Assembly (NCBI GenBank): GCA_041891055.1
Contig: CP169074.1
Span: forward strand, 768,001-832,000
DNA: 64,000 nucleotides
Direction of reading: 5' to 3'
Origin: Halorutilales archaeon Cl-col2-1
GTDB lineage: Archaea > Halobacteriota > Halobacteria > Halobacteriales > Afararchaeaceae
The notes under the pieces were generated by a model that did not search any database, had not been told where the DNA came from, and saw only the letters and a program-made list of their open reading frames with translations. This document shows, piece by piece, positions 1-9,600 of this stretch (its first letter is position 1; every line of letters starts with the position of its first letter). Position numbers and translations under genes: made by a program.

Positions 1-1
1 G

Positions 2-1063
2 GTCTTCGAGGATCTCGAGGACGAAATCGCCGAGGACTTCTATGACCACACTATGTCTTTCGAGGGGACGCGAGAGGTCATAGACAGATCCGACGTAACT
101 GCTGACTACCTCAAGAAGGTTCACGGACCCTATCTCACACGTATGGGAATGGGAGACTACGGCAGGGAGTACTTCGAGGACAGGACACGTATAGGAAAGC
201 TCCACGAGATGGTCGACATGCCCGTCAAGTACTACGTCGGCACCTACATGCTCTACTACGACAGGGTTATCTCTGAGATCTTCGACGGTCTCAAGTCGGA
301 GAAGACAGACGACGCCGATATAGACGAGGCTAACGACAGGGTTATCTCGTTCCTGCGTGCTACCAACCTCGACCTTCAGGTCGCCATGGACACCTACATA
401 GACTCGTACACTAAGGAGGTCGAGAGGAAGAACGACCGTCTCGAGGAGTTCGCGGAGGTAGTCTCACACGATCTCAGGAACCCTCTCAACGTCGCGCAGG
501 GTCATCTCGAGATAGCAGCCTCACAGACGACCGACGAAACGGTTGAGAACAGCCTTAGAGAGGTCGATGAGGCTCTCGGCAGGATGGAGGAGCTGATACA
601 GGACGTCCTCGAACTCGCGCGCCACGGGAGGTCGATAGAGAACGTATCCGCAGTCAGTCTCTCCGACGCCGTGGAGGAGGCTTGGGACAACGTCGACACC
701 AGAGACGCTGAGATAGAAGTTGAGGTGGATGACGGAAACGACTCGGTCTGTTCGGATCACGACCGTCTGATCCAGCTTCTCGAAAACCTATTCAGGAACT
801 CGATGGATCACGGCGGTGACGTCTCGGAGGTACGTGTGGGAAGGCTCGAAGACGGCTTCTACGTTGAGGATGACGGAGTCGGGATACCCGAAGGGGAGAG
901 AGACGATATCTTCGAGTCGGGCTTCACGACATCCGACGAGGGCACGGGTCTAGGTCTCTCGATAGTCAAGGAGATCGCGGAGGCTCACGGCTGGAGAATC
1001 GAGGTCACCGAGGGCGATGACGGTGGCGCGAGGTTCGAAATAAGGGGAGTCGAGTCGGCTTAA
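2..1063 (+). CDS. Globin-coupled (protoglobin/HemAT-like) sensor histidine kinase, 5' end outside the window
   Basis: Frame is open from position 2 (VFEDLEDEIAEDFYDH...). Globin motifs FY, YFEDRTRIGKLH and YVGTY; H-box SHDLRNPL; HATPase ENLFRN, DDGVGI, GTGLGL. Confidence 0.85.
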   Translation, partial: VFEDLEDEIAEDFYDHTMSFEGTREVIDRSDVTADYLKKVHGPYLTRMGMGDYGREYFEDRTRIGKLHEMVDMPVKYYVGTYMLYYDRVISEIFDGLKSEKTDDADIDEANDRVISFLRATNLDLQVAMDTYIDSYTKEVERKNDRLEEFAEVVSHDLRNPLNVAQGHLEIAASQTTDETVENSLREVDEALGRMEELIQDVLELARHGRSIENVSAVSLSDAVEEAWDNVDTRDAEIEVEVDDGNDSVCSDHDRLIQLLENLFRNSMDHGGDVSEVRVGRLEDGFYVEDDGVGIPEGERDDIFESGFTTSDEGTGLGLSIVKEIAEAHGWRIEVTEGDDGGARFEIRGVESA

Positions 1064-1126
1064 CAGACCGACAGAGAAGGTAGAGTAACGCATTTTGGCG
1101 TGTGAAATCTACGTAGAGACGAGAAC

Positions 1127-1303
1127 ATGCAGGCTCAAGAGTCGGAGTCCTCGGACACGGAAGCACAGACTGAGGTTCTCATCACAGGTCTGAGAGACGA
1201 GGAGCCTGGAGACGTAGTAGGAGCCTTCACGAACGAGGCAGGTATCCGACCCTCACTGTCTGAAATATGTGTGTCGGCGATGACGCCAGTACGCTCCATG
1301 TAG
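1127..1303 (+). pseudogene. Short ORF (58 aa) resembling a truncated DbpA-type RNA-binding domain
   Basis: Translated by hand: MQAQESESSDTEAQTEVLITGLRDEEPGDVVGAFTNEAGIRPSLSEICVSAMTPVRSM. PGDVVGAFTNEAGI resembles the DbpA/CsdA PGDIVGAIANEAGI motif; similarity is lost afterwards. Confidence 0.45.
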
Positions 1304-1389
1304 TAACAGATACTTCCCAGATGCTGAAGCTTTCCGAATATCGGGACAGACAGAAGGTGTTAATATCCTGTGTCTAGGAGATATAACAA

Positions 1390-3447
1390 ATGACGACGAT
1401 GTCGGAAATATTGGAGAGCGACGTCGAGGAAGACTCTGTTACGTCAACACGTATAATTTCGTCCCTCTTCGTAACATTTCTCGGCGTCATCTTCATGACT
1501 ATTCATCTTCTGCATCTCATAGACGAAGACGGTCTGATTCCCCTCCTCACAGGTGTAGTATTCCCTTCCGCCTTTGCTGTCTTTCTCATATACGCGGGAT
1601 ACAGACTCTTCAAGTCGAACCTGACTGACTCAGAGAGGTTGGGTGTCGTATCTTGGACTGTGGTAGGAGGAGTGGGTATAGGGAGTTTCTTCATTGCGGC
1701 AGTTGTCTACAATATGTACGAGGGCGGTAGTATGCGTCACCCGGTTTTTCTCCTCATCAACTCCCTAAACGTAGGAGCCGCAGTGGGCTTCACAGTGGGA
1801 TGGTACTACTCTAAGGAGAGCCATCAGATAAGTCTGCTACAGAACGAGAGACTAGAGCTATCAAAGCAGAGACGTAAACTCGAAGAAGCACAGGAGATGG
1901 CTCATGTAGGACACTGGGAATGGAATCCCGACACAGGGGAGATGGAATGGTCAGATGAGATGTTCCGTATACTCGGACTGACTCCCGACGAGATAGAGCC
2001 AAAATACGACGACTTCGTAGAGTTCGTTTACCCCGACGACACGAAGAAGGTAAAGACGGCTATGGAGAAATCAGTCGAGAGTCATACCTTCGACATTGAC
2101 TACCGTGTAATCCGTTCGGACGGCGACATACGTGTAGTTCACCAGAAAGTCGACGTGTACGACTACGGTTACGGAGACGAGGAGGACAGCGTCAGTGGTG
2201 GTGATTATGACGGTAGGGAGAACTCTCCACGCGTCTTCGGAACAGTCAACGACGTGACACATGAGAGGAAGATAGACCATCTTCTCAACTCGATCAGAAG
2301 CATAAGCCAGATAGTAATCGAAGCCGAGAGAGAGGAGGAAGTATTCAACTCCTCCTTAGAGATACTCTCCGCAAGAAGTGATCAAGGATACGGGTTTGGA
2401 TGTGCTTCAATAGCTACATTCAAGTCCAAGGATACCGGTACAGAAGTTGACAGTATATATACAGCTAACCGGATAGGTGAGACCGAGAAGGAGAGTGAAG
2501 AGAGATGGCGCGAAGTATACACCGAGGAGTACATAGACGAGGTTCTCGATGAGGGGACTCTAACCATAGACGACGTAACCCAGCCGCCGTACGAACACCA
2601 CGATGAAGACAGTCTAAGCCACGGAGCCATCGGAGTTAGTCTGAGACACCGAGATAACTTTTACGGAGTGATGACTCTCCATATCCCCTCTCCCTCACAG
2701 ATCTCAGAGGAGGAGAGACATCTCATAGACGAGATCGCGAGTAACATCTCACGTGGCATATACGCTCTACGAGCCGAGGAAAGGATAGAGAACGAGAGGG
2801 ACGAGTTAGCTCTACTCAACCGTATCGTCCGCCACGACATACGTAACGACATGAATCTCGTCTTAGGCTGGGGAGACATGCTGAGAGACCACGTCGACGA
2901 CGAGGGTGAGGAGTACCTCGAAACCGTCCTGAGTACGAGTGAACACGTAGTTGACCTCACGAAGACAGCGCGCGACTTCGTCGACGCAATAGAAAAGGAA
3001 GAGGAGATCGATCTCAGACCCGTCTCCCTGACCTCCGTACTGAAAGAAACCGTTGAGAGTAGAAGGCAGACCTACGATGAAGCCGAGTTCGAGTCCGGGG
3101 AGATACCGAAAGTCGAGGTACGTGCAAACGATCTTCTTTCGACTGTCTTCAGGAACCTCCTCAACAACGCCGTACAGCACAACGACAAGGAGACGCCGAG
3201 GGTCGAGGTATCAGCCGAGGAGAAAGACGTGGAAGTAGTCGTCTCTGTCGCAGACAACGGTCTCGGGGTTCCAGATACACAGAAGGAGAGTATCTTCGGA
3301 AGAGGCGAGAAAGGTCTCGAAAGCGAGGGAACAGGGATAGGTCTGTATCTCGTCGATACACTCGTCGACGAGTACGGCGGCGATGTCTGGGTCGAGGATA
3401 ACGAACCGGAGGGAAGCGTGTTTAAGATAAAGCTACCTAAGTGGTGA
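1390..3447 (+). CDS. Membrane sensor histidine kinase (4 TM, PAS, GAF, HisKA, HATPase)
   Basis: N-terminal hydrophobic helices; PAS motif GHWEWN..WSDEMFRILG; GAF-like segment; RHDIRNDM H-box; NLLNNA, DNGLGV, GTGIGL. Confidence 0.9.
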   Translation: MTTMSEILESDVEEDSVTSTRIISSLFVTFLGVIFMTIHLLHLIDEDGLIPLLTGVVFPSAFAVFLIYAGYRLFKSNLTDSERLGVVSWTVVGGVGIGSFFIAAVVYNMYEGGSMRHPVFLLINSLNVGAAVGFTVGWYYSKESHQISLLQNERLELSKQRRKLEEAQEMAHVGHWEWNPDTGEMEWSDEMFRILGLTPDEIEPKYDDFVEFVYPDDTKKVKTAMEKSVESHTFDIDYRVIRSDGDIRVVHQKVDVYDYGYGDEEDSVSGGDYDGRENSPRVFGTVNDVTHERKIDHLLNSIRSISQIVIEAEREEEVFNSSLEILSARSDQGYGFGCASIATFKSKDTGTEVDSIYTANRIGETEKESEERWREVYTEEYIDEVLDEGTLTIDDVTQPPYEHHDEDSLSHGAIGVSLRHRDNFYGVMTLHIPSPSQISEEERHLIDEIASNISRGIYALRAEERIENERDELALLNRIVRHDIRNDMNLVLGWGDMLRDHVDDEGEEYLETVLSTSEHVVDLTKTARDFVDAIEKEEEIDLRPVSLTSVLKETVESRRQTYDEAEFESGEIPKVEVRANDLLSTVFRNLLNNAVQHNDKETPRVEVSAEEKDVEVVVSVADNGLGVPDTQKESIFGRGEKGLESEGTGIGLYLVDTLVDEYGGDVWVEDNEPEGSVFKIKLPKW

Positions 3448-3451
3448 CCAC

Positions 3452-4510
3452 ATGGGACGACTCTACGGAGCTGTGTCGGATCTCGGGGTTGAGGTTGAGG
3501 GATACAGCCTAAGACTCAACCGGAAGGAAGTCTCGAAGGGATTCGAGAGGGTAACTACTGAGATAACTGTCCACGGCGACTCAGAGAAAGGAAGAGGCGA
3601 GGACGTAACCTACGACGCCGAGAGCCACCGGAACTGGGTCGATCTGGAGAGTAAGACTAACCTAACCGGAAGCTTCAGCCTCGACGGCTTCTCAAACCGT
3701 CTCGACGGGATAGACCTGTTCCCCGGTGATCCTCCTCGTCCTTACTACCGTAACTACAGAAGATGGGGTCTCGAAAGCGCAGTCCTCGATCTGGCTCTTA
3801 AACAGGCAGAAACTAACCTCGGCGGTATCCTCGGACGCGACTACTCCGACGTTAGATTCGTCGTCAGCCGTGACCTGGGTGACCCGCCGAGCGTCGAAAA
3901 GCTCCACGATGTGGTCGATATCTACCCCGAAGCCGAGTTCAAGCTCGACGCGACCACCGAATGGGACTCGGAACTCGTCTCCGAAATTCCCGAAGAGAAG
4001 GTAATGATACTGGACATGAAAGGAATGTACGACGAGGATCTCGACGTGTCACAGCCTCCTGATCCGAGCCTGTATTCGCTTGTAAGTGACAGCTTCCCCG
4101 ATGCTATTATAGAAGATCCCAAGCTGACTGACGAGACGCGTGGGATACTCTCGGACTACGGCGGACGTATATCGTGGGACAAGCCGGTTGAGAGCCTCGC
4201 CGATGTGAAGTCAGTTGAGTCCGAGACCGGAGAGACATGTATCAATATCAAGCCGTCGAGGTTCGGAACCGTCGAGAGTCTTTTCGATTCTATCGACTAC
4301 TGCGAAAATAACGGGATAATGATGTACGGAGGAGGTCAGTTCGAGCTCGGGGTAGGTCGTGAACAGATACAGTGTCTCGCGTCTCTGTTCTACCCCGACT
4401 CGCCAAACGACGTAGCACCGCGGTCGTATAACTCACCGCCTTTCGAGGGAGCTCCTCGAAGTCCGCTTGAGACACCGCCAAACACAAACAGGGATGGATT
4501 CGGTCTCTAA
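3452..4510 (+). CDS. Enolase/mandelate racemase superfamily-like protein of unknown substrate
   Basis: Capping-domain GRGE motif; barrel motifs KLD, LDMK, IEDP, SWD and NIKPSRFG. Confidence 0.6.
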   Translation: MGRLYGAVSDLGVEVEGYSLRLNRKEVSKGFERVTTEITVHGDSEKGRGEDVTYDAESHRNWVDLESKTNLTGSFSLDGFSNRLDGIDLFPGDPPRPYYRNYRRWGLESAVLDLALKQAETNLGGILGRDYSDVRFVVSRDLGDPPSVEKLHDVVDIYPEAEFKLDATTEWDSELVSEIPEEKVMILDMKGMYDEDLDVSQPPDPSLYSLVSDSFPDAIIEDPKLTDETRGILSDYGGRISWDKPVESLADVKSVESETGETCINIKPSRFGTVESLFDSIDYCENNGIMMYGGGQFELGVGREQIQCLASLFYPDSPNDVAPRSYNSPPFEGAPRSPLETPPNTNRDGFGL

Positions 4511-4529
4511 TTCATTCATTCGAGTTCAT

Positions 4530-6260
4530 TCATCTCCGTCTCCACCACCAGACTACGAAGACTAGAGCCGCTGTACCTATGAGAGCGACTGCGGGTAGAT
4601 CCGCCTCGGTGGTCTCGTCTCTCAGAGTTACCTGAAACGTATGTGTCTCAGTCCTTCTGTGACCCTCGGAGTCGTCGTATCCGAGACGTACCGTGACGTA
4701 CTTGTCTCCCGCGACGGCGTCGTCAGAGACGTCGAGGTGGTAACGGAGACTCGACTTATCGCCGGGGTCGAGAGCCGCGACATACGAGTTGGAGTCGTCG
4801 GTGGAGAACGGCTCTTCGACAGTCAGCGACGCCGTGACATCCGTGAAGGTCGAGTTACGGAGGTTCGTGATACTCGCGTTCACCGAGGTCTCCTCGCCGA
4901 CTTCGACGGTCGTGTCTTCGGACTCTATGACGAAGTCGTCGGTGTCGGGTAGAACCTCCGCCGAAGCCTCGTGGCTGTCACTCGTCTCGACATTACCCAG
5001 TCTGTCGGTGTACTCGACGCCGATCCTGAAACGGTGTCTCCCCGGGGCTGCATACTCGGGTACGTCGAGACGGAACCGGAAGCTCTGAGACGTGTTAGGT
5101 CGGAGGTCGCCGAGTGGATACTGGGTCACTGAGGCTGTGGGAGTGGAAGACAGAGACACATCTCGGTGTGACGCGTAAGCCTCCGAAGAGGTCGAGTTAT
5201 AACCCACGAGAGGAACTGACGTATGTCTCAGAACCACGACGGCGTCGCGTGCGACTCTTTCCCCCGTGTTTTCGACAGTCGCCTCTAAGAAGCCTTCCTC
5301 GCCGACCCTGAGGCTCGGAGTCACGTCGGAGACCTTAAAGGCTGTCTCTCGGAGAGGCTGTAGACCGAGTTCGAGTCTGTCGGAGGTGGAGTTCTCACCG
5401 TCGGAGTCGGTGTATCTCACAACGGCGTCGAGGGAGTAGTTGGTGGCGTCGACGTCGTCGGCTACCGAGACCGTCTGTCTCAGGCTTCTCGTCTCACCCG
5501 GCTCCCAGTCGCCGGTGAACTTCGTCGTCGAAGTCGGAGCCGGGGTCGAAGTCGAAGCTGAGATCGAGGTCGAGGTAGAAGACATGTCGCCGACTGTAAC
5601 CTCGGTGTTACGGGACGTCAGTCTAACCGTGGAGGCGTTCGCCGTCTCGGATCCGACGTTCTCGATCCCGACCGTGAGACTCCCGGCTCCGCCGACCTCG
5701 ACGTCCGACTCGACCCAAGTCACCTCGAACTCCGCCGACGGCTCTACCACGAGAGTCACGTACTTAGTCAGGTCACGCGAGAAGTCAGTGTAATCGGGCG
5801 ATGTTACGTCGCTGTACTCGACCGCACGCGTGAACCTGTACTCGACTTCTACGGGAAGACGGTATCTCCCGGGCTCTGCGTCGTCGTCTACGACGACCTC
5901 GAAGCTGTAAGGTCCGTGTGACCCCTCCGAAACCGATCCGACAGGGGTCTTAGAAGTCTTGACCTCGACGGGTGCGTTTCGCGCCCTGGGTTCGACTGTT
6001 ACTCCTCTCGCAGTCGTCACACGGCTCTCGTACTCCGCGGGTCCTCCCTGGACGATATTCCCCTCGTTGTTGAGATGTAGACCGAGAGTCGTAGTCTCAC
6101 CCGCCGAGACGGTGTTATGGGGAGCCAGAACCTCGATATCGGGACCACCGACGACAGTGTCGGCTGCCGACGCCGTAGACACAGACACGGGGGTTGTGAC
6201 TCCGGCTACGACCGCCAGGGCTATCCAAAGGCTTCGGGATGCCGACATCGACACCGACAT
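4530..6260 (-). CDS. COG1361-type S-layer/CARDB-repeat surface protein
   Basis: Signal peptide; repeated Ig-like units (NxG...A.pGxY...V.Y.D..G); C-terminal TM followed by WWRRR. Confidence 0.8.
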   Translation of the reverse strand: MSVSMSASRSLWIALAVVAGVTTPVSVSTASAADTVVGGPDIEVLAPHNTVSAGETTTLGLHLNNEGNIVQGGPAEYESRVTTARGVTVEPRARNAPVEVKTSKTPVGSVSEGSHGPYSFEVVVDDDAEPGRYRLPVEVEYRFTRAVEYSDVTSPDYTDFSRDLTKYVTLVVEPSAEFEVTWVESDVEVGGAGSLTVGIENVGSETANASTVRLTSRNTEVTVGDMSSTSTSISASTSTPAPTSTTKFTGDWEPGETRSLRQTVSVADDVDATNYSLDAVVRYTDSDGENSTSDRLELGLQPLRETAFKVSDVTPSLRVGEEGFLEATVENTGERVARDAVVVLRHTSVPLVGYNSTSSEAYASHRDVSLSSTPTASVTQYPLGDLRPNTSQSFRFRLDVPEYAAPGRHRFRIGVEYTDRLGNVETSDSHEASAEVLPDTDDFVIESEDTTVEVGEETSVNASITNLRNSTFTDVTASLTVEEPFSTDDSNSYVAALDPGDKSSLRYHLDVSDDAVAGDKYVTVRLGYDDSEGHRRTETHTFQVTLRDETTEADLPAVALIGTAALVFVVWWWRRR

Positions 6261-6343
6261 ATCGACTCAGTTTACTTCGTCACGCTTCGTATAAGTAGTT
6301 TAGGCGTACATATTTATAAAGAAGAGAGAGGTATACAGCCCCA

Positions 6344-7363
6344 GTGGCTCGGACCGACAGAGACCGAAAAGCCGAGGGCAACACGGCTGAGACTCCTCCG
6401 ATACGTGTTGAGGGTCTCACGAAGTACTACGGCGACGTCAAGGGCGTCGAGAGTCTGAGCTTCGAGGTCAGGAAAGGCGAGATATTCGGCTTCCTGGGTC
6501 CAAACGGCGCGGGAAAGTCGACTGCGATAAGGACGTTACTCGGCTTTCTGAAGCCGACTTCGGGAGAGGCGAGCCTCCTCGGTCACGACGCATTCGACAG
6601 ACGCGAACTCAGGGAGGCGAAGAAGAGTATCGGACACGTTCCGGGGAGTCTCGGCTTCTACGAGAAGCTCACAGGGCGCGATCTCCTCGACTACTACGGG
6701 GATCTCAAGGGCGACGACCGACGTGGTGAGATCCTCGACCTCTTCAGTTTCCCGCTCGACAGGAGGATTAAGGAGTACTCGCGCGGCAACAGACAGAAGC
6801 TCGCGCTCGTACAGGCGTTTATGCACGATCCCGACCTCGTGGTGATGGACGAGCCGACCGCGGGTCTCGACCCTCTAATGCAGAACAGCCTCTACGACTT
6901 CCTTGAGAGCGAGGTCGAAGACGGTCTGTCTGTCTTCTTCTCGTCACACATACTCAGCGAGGTGAGACGTATCTGTGACCGAGTAGCTATAATAAGAAAA
7001 GGGGAGGTAGTGGCTCTCGAAGAGATAGAGACACTCCTGCGTAAGAGCGGTAAGGTGGTCAGGCTGAGGCTGAGAGACAGTGCGACGCCCGAGGAGGTCG
7101 TCTCGGGACTACAAGGAGCCACGAACCCCTCAGTCGACGACGAGGGCTACACCGAGTTCGTTCTGACGGGAGAGTACGACAGTCTCGTAGACCGCCTCTC
7201 GGAGTACGAGATCGACGATATCGAGATAAGGGAGGCGTCACTCGACGACGTCTTCATGCATTTCTACACAGACACAGAAGACGACACCGATACCGACATA
7301 GACAGCCGCACACAAGCCGACAAAAACGAGGGGACAACTTCAGGAGGTGAAGACGGTGTTTGA
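6344..7363 (+). CDS. ABC-2 type exporter ATP-binding protein
   Basis: Walker A GPNGAGKS, signature YSRGN, Walker B VVMDEP, SSH loop. Confidence 0.95.
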   Translation: MARTDRDRKAEGNTAETPPIRVEGLTKYYGDVKGVESLSFEVRKGEIFGFLGPNGAGKSTAIRTLLGFLKPTSGEASLLGHDAFDRRELREAKKSIGHVPGSLGFYEKLTGRDLLDYYGDLKGDDRRGEILDLFSFPLDRRIKEYSRGNRQKLALVQAFMHDPDLVVMDEPTAGLDPLMQNSLYDFLESEVEDGLSVFFSSHILSEVRRICDRVAIIRKGEVVALEEIETLLRKSGKVVRLRLRDSATPEEVVSGLQGATNPSVDDEGYTEFVLTGEYDSLVDRLSEYEIDDIEIREASLDDVFMHFYTDTEDDTDTDIDSRTQADKNEGTTSGGEDGV

Positions 7364-8144
7364 GATAACAAAGTTCGAGACACGGAGACGTCTCCGAGGT
7401 ACCCTGACGTTTACGGCTTTCATGGGATTTTACATAGCCCTCGTTGTGGCTATATTTCCGTCGCTCGAAGAGGCGGGTCTGTCAGAGATATACGGGAGCC
7501 TACCCGAGGATCTCACGACTTCATTCATAGGCGACTTCTCGATAACCGACATAGAGGGTTACCTCGTCGTTGAGCTATACCAGGTTGGATGGCTCCTACT
7601 CCTGGGTGTCTACTTCGCGTACTCTGCGGCGTCGTCGGTAGCCGGGGAGGTCGAGAAAGGGTCTGTCGACCTACTCCTGTCACATCCCGTCTCACGGTCA
7701 CGTGTCGTGGTAGGCAAGTTCGTCTCGGTGGTTCCGTCGATAGCCACGGTGTCTTTCCTGACGTATATCGGAGTCTATCTCGGTGTCAGAGCCATAGACG
7801 AGACCGTCGACGCGGCTGATCTTTTTGTCCTCCACTCAGTCTCTGTCTTCTACCTCTCGGCGTGTGCGTCGCTGGGACTTCTCTTCTCGGTCGTCTTCGA
7901 CGAGGCGAGGAAGGCACAGATGGCTGCTATCGGCGGCGTATTTGGGATGTTCCTCGTCGAGACACTGACGGTAAACACCGACTACGACTGGATAGGCGAC
8001 CTCACCTTCGCACGGTACTTCGACCCGGGGGAGATACTCATCGCGGAGGAGATAAGCACCTCCGACATAGGGGTTCTGGTGGCTTCGACTGTGGCTCTAG
8101 TGGTAGTCAGCGCCGAGATATTCGAGAGAAAGGACGTGACCTAG
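7347..8144 (+). CDS. ABC-2 type exporter permease
   Basis: About 6 TM helices; GEVEKGSVDLLLSHPVSRSRVVVGK motif; overlaps the ATPase gene. Confidence 0.9.
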   Translation: MKTVFEITKFETRRRLRGTLTFTAFMGFYIALVVAIFPSLEEAGLSEIYGSLPEDLTTSFIGDFSITDIEGYLVVELYQVGWLLLLGVYFAYSAASSVAGEVEKGSVDLLLSHPVSRSRVVVGKFVSVVPSIATVSFLTYIGVYLGVRAIDETVDAADLFVLHSVSVFYLSACASLGLLFSVVFDEARKAQMAAIGGVFGMFLVETLTVNTDYDWIGDLTFARYFDPGEILIAEEISTSDIGVLVASTVALVVVSAEIFERKDVT

Positions 8145-8215
8145 CCGTCGGTGGGAATCGAACCCACGGCCTAGTGCTTACGAAGCACTCGCTCTGCCGA
8201 CTGAGCTACGACGGC
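8143..8215 (-). tRNA. tRNA-Thr(CGU)
   Basis: Reverse complement GCCGTCGTAGCTCAGTCGGCAGAGCGAGTGCTTCGTAAGCACTAGGCCGTGGGTTCGATTCCCACCGACGGCT folds as a cloverleaf; anticodon CGT; T-loop TTCGATT; no encoded CCA. Confidence 0.95.
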
Positions 8216-8326
8216 GCGTAGTCTTGGATAGACTGTTTTGTTTATTAATCCTTCCGGTTGAAGACCCGAAGCGACGCCCGTGTACGAGTATTACAGATTT
8301 ATTACGGTGGGCGAGAAGATAGACGT

Positions 8327-9247
8327 ATGGGTACGAGTATGAGAGACAGCGCGAGAACTGCAGTCGAGGACTGCCTCGACGTCAGAGAGGGGGAGACCGT
8401 CTTAGTAGTCACAGACTCAGAGAGGAGAGAGATAGGAAGAGCGATACACGACGTCGCCTCGGATATTACCGAGACAGTCTACGCCGAGATCGGGGTCGAC
8501 GAGAGACACGGAGAGGAGCCTCTCGCGCCCGTTACTGCGGCTATGAGGGAAAGCGACGTCGTTTTCGTCCCCACGACGAGGAGCCTGACACATACGGAGG
8601 CACGGAAGGAGGCGTGCGAGTCGGGTGCACGTGTCGCGACGCTTCCGAGTATCACGCGTGAGGTGATGGAAGGTGCTATGAGAGCCGACTACTACGGGAT
8701 ACAGGAGAGAGCCGAGGATCTACTTGGTAGGCTCGAAGGCTCCGAGACAGTCCGTATAGAGTCCGACCTCGGAACCGACCTCAGACTCGAATTAGGCGAG
8801 AGGGACTGGCATCCTGACACGGGGATATGTCACGACTCGGGCTGCGTGACCAACCTCCCCGCGGGAGAGGTCTACATAGCCCCCGTATCGGGAGACGGCA
8901 GGCTCGTAGTCGACGGCTCTATGTCGAGCGTCGGCGTCGTCGACGAGCCGATAGAGATAGAGTTCGAGGACGGAAGAGCCGTGGGTATATCCGACGACGA
9001 CCTGAGGGAGACAGTCGACGAAGCCGGAGACTGCGGTCGCCATCTCGCCGAACTAGGAATCGGTCTCAACCCCGAGGCAGAACTCATAGGAAACGTACTA
9101 CAGGACGAGAAGGCTCTCGGTACTATACACGTCGCAGTCGGGGACGACACCGGCTTTGGCGGCGACAACGACTGCGGTCTCCATCTCGACGGCGTCGTGA
9201 CACAGCCACGTGTCGAGGTAGACGGCAAGACGCTCGAACTCGAATAG
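8327..9247 (+). CDS. Leucyl aminopeptidase / aminopeptidase T (M29-like)
   Basis: [33 protein letters not shown] and HLDGV motifs. ATG at 8327 is preferred over the upstream TTG. Confidence 0.85.
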   Translation: MGTSMRDSARTAVEDCLDVREGETVLVVTDSERREIGRAIHDVASDITETVYAEIGVDERHGEEPLAPVTAAMRESDVVFVPTTRSLTHTEARKEACESGARVATLPSITREVMEGAMRADYYGIQERAEDLLGRLEGSETVRIESDLGTDLRLELGERDWHPDTGICHDSGCVTNLPAGEVYIAPVSGDGRLVVDGSMSSVGVVDEPIEIEFEDGRAVGISDDDLRETVDEAGDCGRHLAELGIGLNPEAELIGNVLQDEKALGTIHVAVGDDTGFGGDNDCGLHLDGVVTQPRVEVDGKTLELE

Positions 9248-9297
9248 CCGTACTGTGCTTCGGTTTCTTAATAAGTCCCGCGCTCTTACTCAGACAT

Positions 9298-9588
9298 ATG
9301 TCAGACGGAAACGGAGGCAGTAACCTGAGACTTCCCGACGACGACGAGGTTCTCTGTGTAGTAGAGTCGATGCTAGGGGACAACCGTGTCAAGGTCAGAT
9401 GTACTGACGGGAAGAAACGGACGGCACGTATTCCGGGAAGGATGAGAAAACGCGTATGGATACGTGAGGGCGATGTCGTGATAGTTGAGCCCTGGGACTG
9501 GCAGGACGAGAAGGGCGACGTCGAGTGGCGGTACAACGAGCAGCAGGCAGATGAACTCCGCGAGAGAGGCTATCTCGAAGGGACTTAG
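9298..9588 (+). CDS. eif1a: Translation initiation factor aIF-1A
   Basis: [45 protein letters not shown]; this is the C-terminal part of the listed ORF 8827..9588. Confidence 0.95.
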   Translation: MSDGNGGSNLRLPDDDEVLCVVESMLGDNRVKVRCTDGKKRTARIPGRMRKRVWIREGDVVIVEPWDWQDEKGDVEWRYNEQQADELRERGYLEGT

Positions 9589-9600
9589 TCGACGGACAGG

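Noticed and set aside
8827-9297. Arg-rich N-terminal extension of aIF-1A in the ORF track
   Set aside because: An off-frame overlap with the aminopeptidase gene; the true start is the ATG at 9298 with a TATA-like TTAATA upstream.
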